Of a stretch of DNA of 64,000 nucleotides, positions 61,935-64,000 are shown piece after piece. This DNA comes from Alphaproteobacteria bacterium (GTDB taxonomy: Bacteria > Pseudomonadota > Alphaproteobacteria > UBA828). Below the pieces are notes generated by a model, which worked only from the letters and a program-made list of their open reading frames with translations, ran no database searches and had not been told where the DNA came from. The stretch's first letter is position 1, and every line of letters starts with the position of its first letter. The translations under genes and the position numbers were made by a program. The stretch lies in NCBI GenBank assembly GCA_963422645.2, contig CAXXVO010000007.1, positions 1 to 64,000 of the forward strand. Direction: 5' to 3'.

Positions 61935-63053
61935 GTGACTGAGCGAGCCGGGGTCTTGTCCAGCACCGCGATCGCCGCGTTGATCGAACGCGGCGAGGTC
62001 GCCGCAGAAGCCCCTGTCGGCGCGCCCCAGATCCAACCGGCGAGTCTCGATCTCAGGCTCGGGCCGATCGCCTACCGCGTGCGCGCGAGCTTCCTGCCGG
62101 GCCGCGAGAGCGTGCGCGCGAAGATCGCGCGCCTCGGCATGCATGAAATCGACCTCACGCGTGACGCCGTGCTGGAGCGCGGCTGTGTCTACATCGTGCC
62201 GCTGATGGAACGCCTCGCGCTCGCGCCCGCCGTTGCCGCCCACGCCAACCCCAAGAGCTCCACCGGGCGGCTCGACATCTTCACCCGGCTCATCGCCGAC
62301 GAGGCGCACGAGTTCGACCGGGTGCAGGCCGGCTACCGGGGACCGCTTTATGCCGAGGTCTCGCCCCGCACTTTCAGCGTCGTGGTGCGGGCCGGAAGCC
62401 GGCTCAACCAGATCCGCTTCAAGCGGGGCGATCTCGGCTATTCCGAAGGCGCGCTGGAGCGCCTCCACGCCGAACGGCAGCTGATTGAGGGCGAGGTCGC
62501 GCGCGGCGGCTTCAGCGGCGGCCTGCCGCTCTCCGTCGATCTCGCCGGCACCGGCGCCGACTTTGTTGGCTGGAAGGCGAAACGCCATACCGACCTGATC
62601 GATATTGACGTCGTCGGCTGCTACGAGCCCGCCGATTTCTGGGAGCCGATCGCGCGCCCTTCCGGCGGCGGCGTGATCCTGAACCCGGATGATTTCTACA
62701 TTCTGGCCTCAAAGGAATCGGTGCGCATCCCGCCGGACCACGCCGCCGAGATGGTGGCCTACGACACCCTGGTCGGCGAGTTCCGCGCCCATTACGCGGG
62801 TTTCTTCGATCCGGGCTTCGGTCACGACGAAGCGGGCGGCGGCGGCACCCGGGCGGTGCTCGAAGTGCGCTCCCACGACGTGCCCTTCGTGATCGAGGAC
62901 GGGCAGACCATCGGCCGACTCCTGTTCGAGCCGCTGACCGAACGTCCCGCCGAGCTCTACGGTCAACGGATCGGCTCCTCCTACCAGCGCCAGGGGCTCG
63001 CGCTCGCCAAGCAGTTCAAGCGGCCCGTCCTTGAGGACATCGCAACGGCATAA
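61935..63053 (+). CDS. dcd: dCTP deaminase (long alphaproteobacterial type)
   Basis: QIQPASLDLRLG, NPKSSTGRLD, HYAGFFDPGFG. Confidence 0.9.
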   Translation: MTERAGVLSSTAIAALIERGEVAAEAPVGAPQIQPASLDLRLGPIAYRVRASFLPGRESVRAKIARLGMHEIDLTRDAVLERGCVYIVPLMERLALAPAVAAHANPKSSTGRLDIFTRLIADEAHEFDRVQAGYRGPLYAEVSPRTFSVVVRAGSRLNQIRFKRGDLGYSEGALERLHAERQLIEGEVARGGFSGGLPLSVDLAGTGADFVGWKAKRHTDLIDIDVVGCYEPADFWEPIARPSGGGVILNPDDFYILASKESVRIPPDHAAEMVAYDTLVGEFRAHYAGFFDPGFGHDEAGGGGTRAVLEVRSHDVPFVIEDGQTIGRLLFEPLTERPAELYGQRIGSSYQRQGLALAKQFKRPVLEDIATA

Positions 63054-63083
63054 CCCGCAGGCATAGCAACATCGAATCTTCGT

Positions 63084-63113
63084 TTGACACGGCAGAACGG
63101 CACCCGATAGGCT
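63084..63113 (+). promoter_or_regulatory. Putative rho promoter (TTGACA-N18-TAGGCT)
   Basis: Near-consensus boxes about 150 nt upstream of rho. Confidence 0.6.
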
Positions 63114-63266
63114 AACGCACACGTCCGCCGCAGCGGGCGGGCTCCCCGCCTGCCGTCGGCGCATTCTCTCGGAAAAATAAGCCGCACGCCGTCCTCACTA
63201 GGTTTGCGCCCTCAGCGTGCCGCCGGCCGGCGGTGCGATTCCCGGTCCACAACGGCAGCGCCCGTC

Positions 63267-64000
63267 ATGCATCTGCAAGAACTCAAGACCCAGACCCCTA
63301 CCCAGCTGATCGACTACGCCAAAGAGCTCGAGATCGAGAACGCGAACTCGATGCGCCGGCAGGACCTGATGTTCGCGATCCTCCGGCAGCTTGCCGAGAA
63401 CGATCAGGCGATCTTCGGCTCAGGCGTACTGGAGACCTTGCAGGACGGCTTCGGCTTCCTGCGCTCGCCGGAATCCAACTACCTGCCCGGCCCCGACGAC
63501 ATCTACGTGAGCCCGAGCCAGATCTGCCGCTTCGGGCTCAGGACCGGCGACACTCTGGAGGGCCAGATCCGGGCGCCCCGCGAGGGCGAACGCTACTTCG
63601 CGCTGCTCAAGCTTAACAACATAAACTTCGACCCGCCGGAGAATCTCCGCCACAAGGTCAACTTCGACAACCTGACTCCGCTCTACCCCGAGCAGCGCTT
63701 CAGCATGGAGGTCGCCGACCCCGCACGGAAAGACACCACCAGCCGCATCCTCGACATCGTGGCGCCGCTCGGCAAAGGGCAGCGGGCACTGATCGTTGCT
63801 CCGCCGCGCACCGGCAAGACCATGATGCTGCAGAACATCGCGCACTCGATCGAGGCGAACCACCCCGAGGCCTTCCTCATCGTGCTGCTGGTGGACGAGC
63901 GGCCCGAGGAGGTCACTGACATGGACCGCTCGGTGAGGGGCGAGGTGGTGAGTTCGACCTTCGACGAGCCGGCGACGCGCCACGTGCAGGTGGCGGAGAT
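63267..64000 (+). CDS. rho: Transcription termination factor Rho (3'-truncated by the window edge)
   Basis: [52 protein letters not shown]. Confidence 0.97.
   Translation, partial: MHLQELKTQTPTQLIDYAKELEIENANSMRRQDLMFAILRQLAENDQAIFGSGVLETLQDGFGFLRSPESNYLPGPDDIYVSPSQICRFGLRTGDTLEGQIRAPREGERYFALLKLNNINFDPPENLRHKVNFDNLTPLYPEQRFSMEVADPARKDTTSRILDIVAPLGKGQRALIVAPPRTGKTMMLQNIAHSIEANHPEAFLIVLLVDERPEEVTDMDRSVRGEVVSSTFDEPATRHVQVAE

Overview
This is a GC-rich alphaproteobacterial chromosome segment that probably contains the replication origin (about 58973-59386, between the PEP-synthase regulatory protein gene and hemE). Housekeeping blocks are sucCD-sucAB-lpdA, ubiB-ubiE-mutM-enoyl-CoA hydratase-rpsT, tupBCA and dnaQ-coaE-aroE-maf-PDRP | hemE-hemH-hemJ-dcd-rho. 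They are interleaved with heavy IS activity: five near-identical single-ORF IS66 (ISBst12-type) copies, two IS66 elements carrying a Dam-like adenine methyltransferase (plus one fragment), an IS1595 and a partial transposase. Several genes are broken. The most striking feature is an intact tRNA gene at 33466-33551 with a candidate promoter and a terminator. Its body has leucine identity elements (A73, A15:U48, Leu-type D-loop, long variable arm) but its anticodon is AGA (serine), which makes it a candidate Ser-to-Leu mistranslating tRNA. It sits in a small islet bounded by a 93-bp duplication of the tupA 3' end, with a palindromic operator and a ribbon-helix-helix gene. Second is the methyltransferase-carrying IS66 type, which in both complete cases is inserted just inside the terminus of the simple IS66. 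All calls come from reading the sequence by eye; no searches were run.
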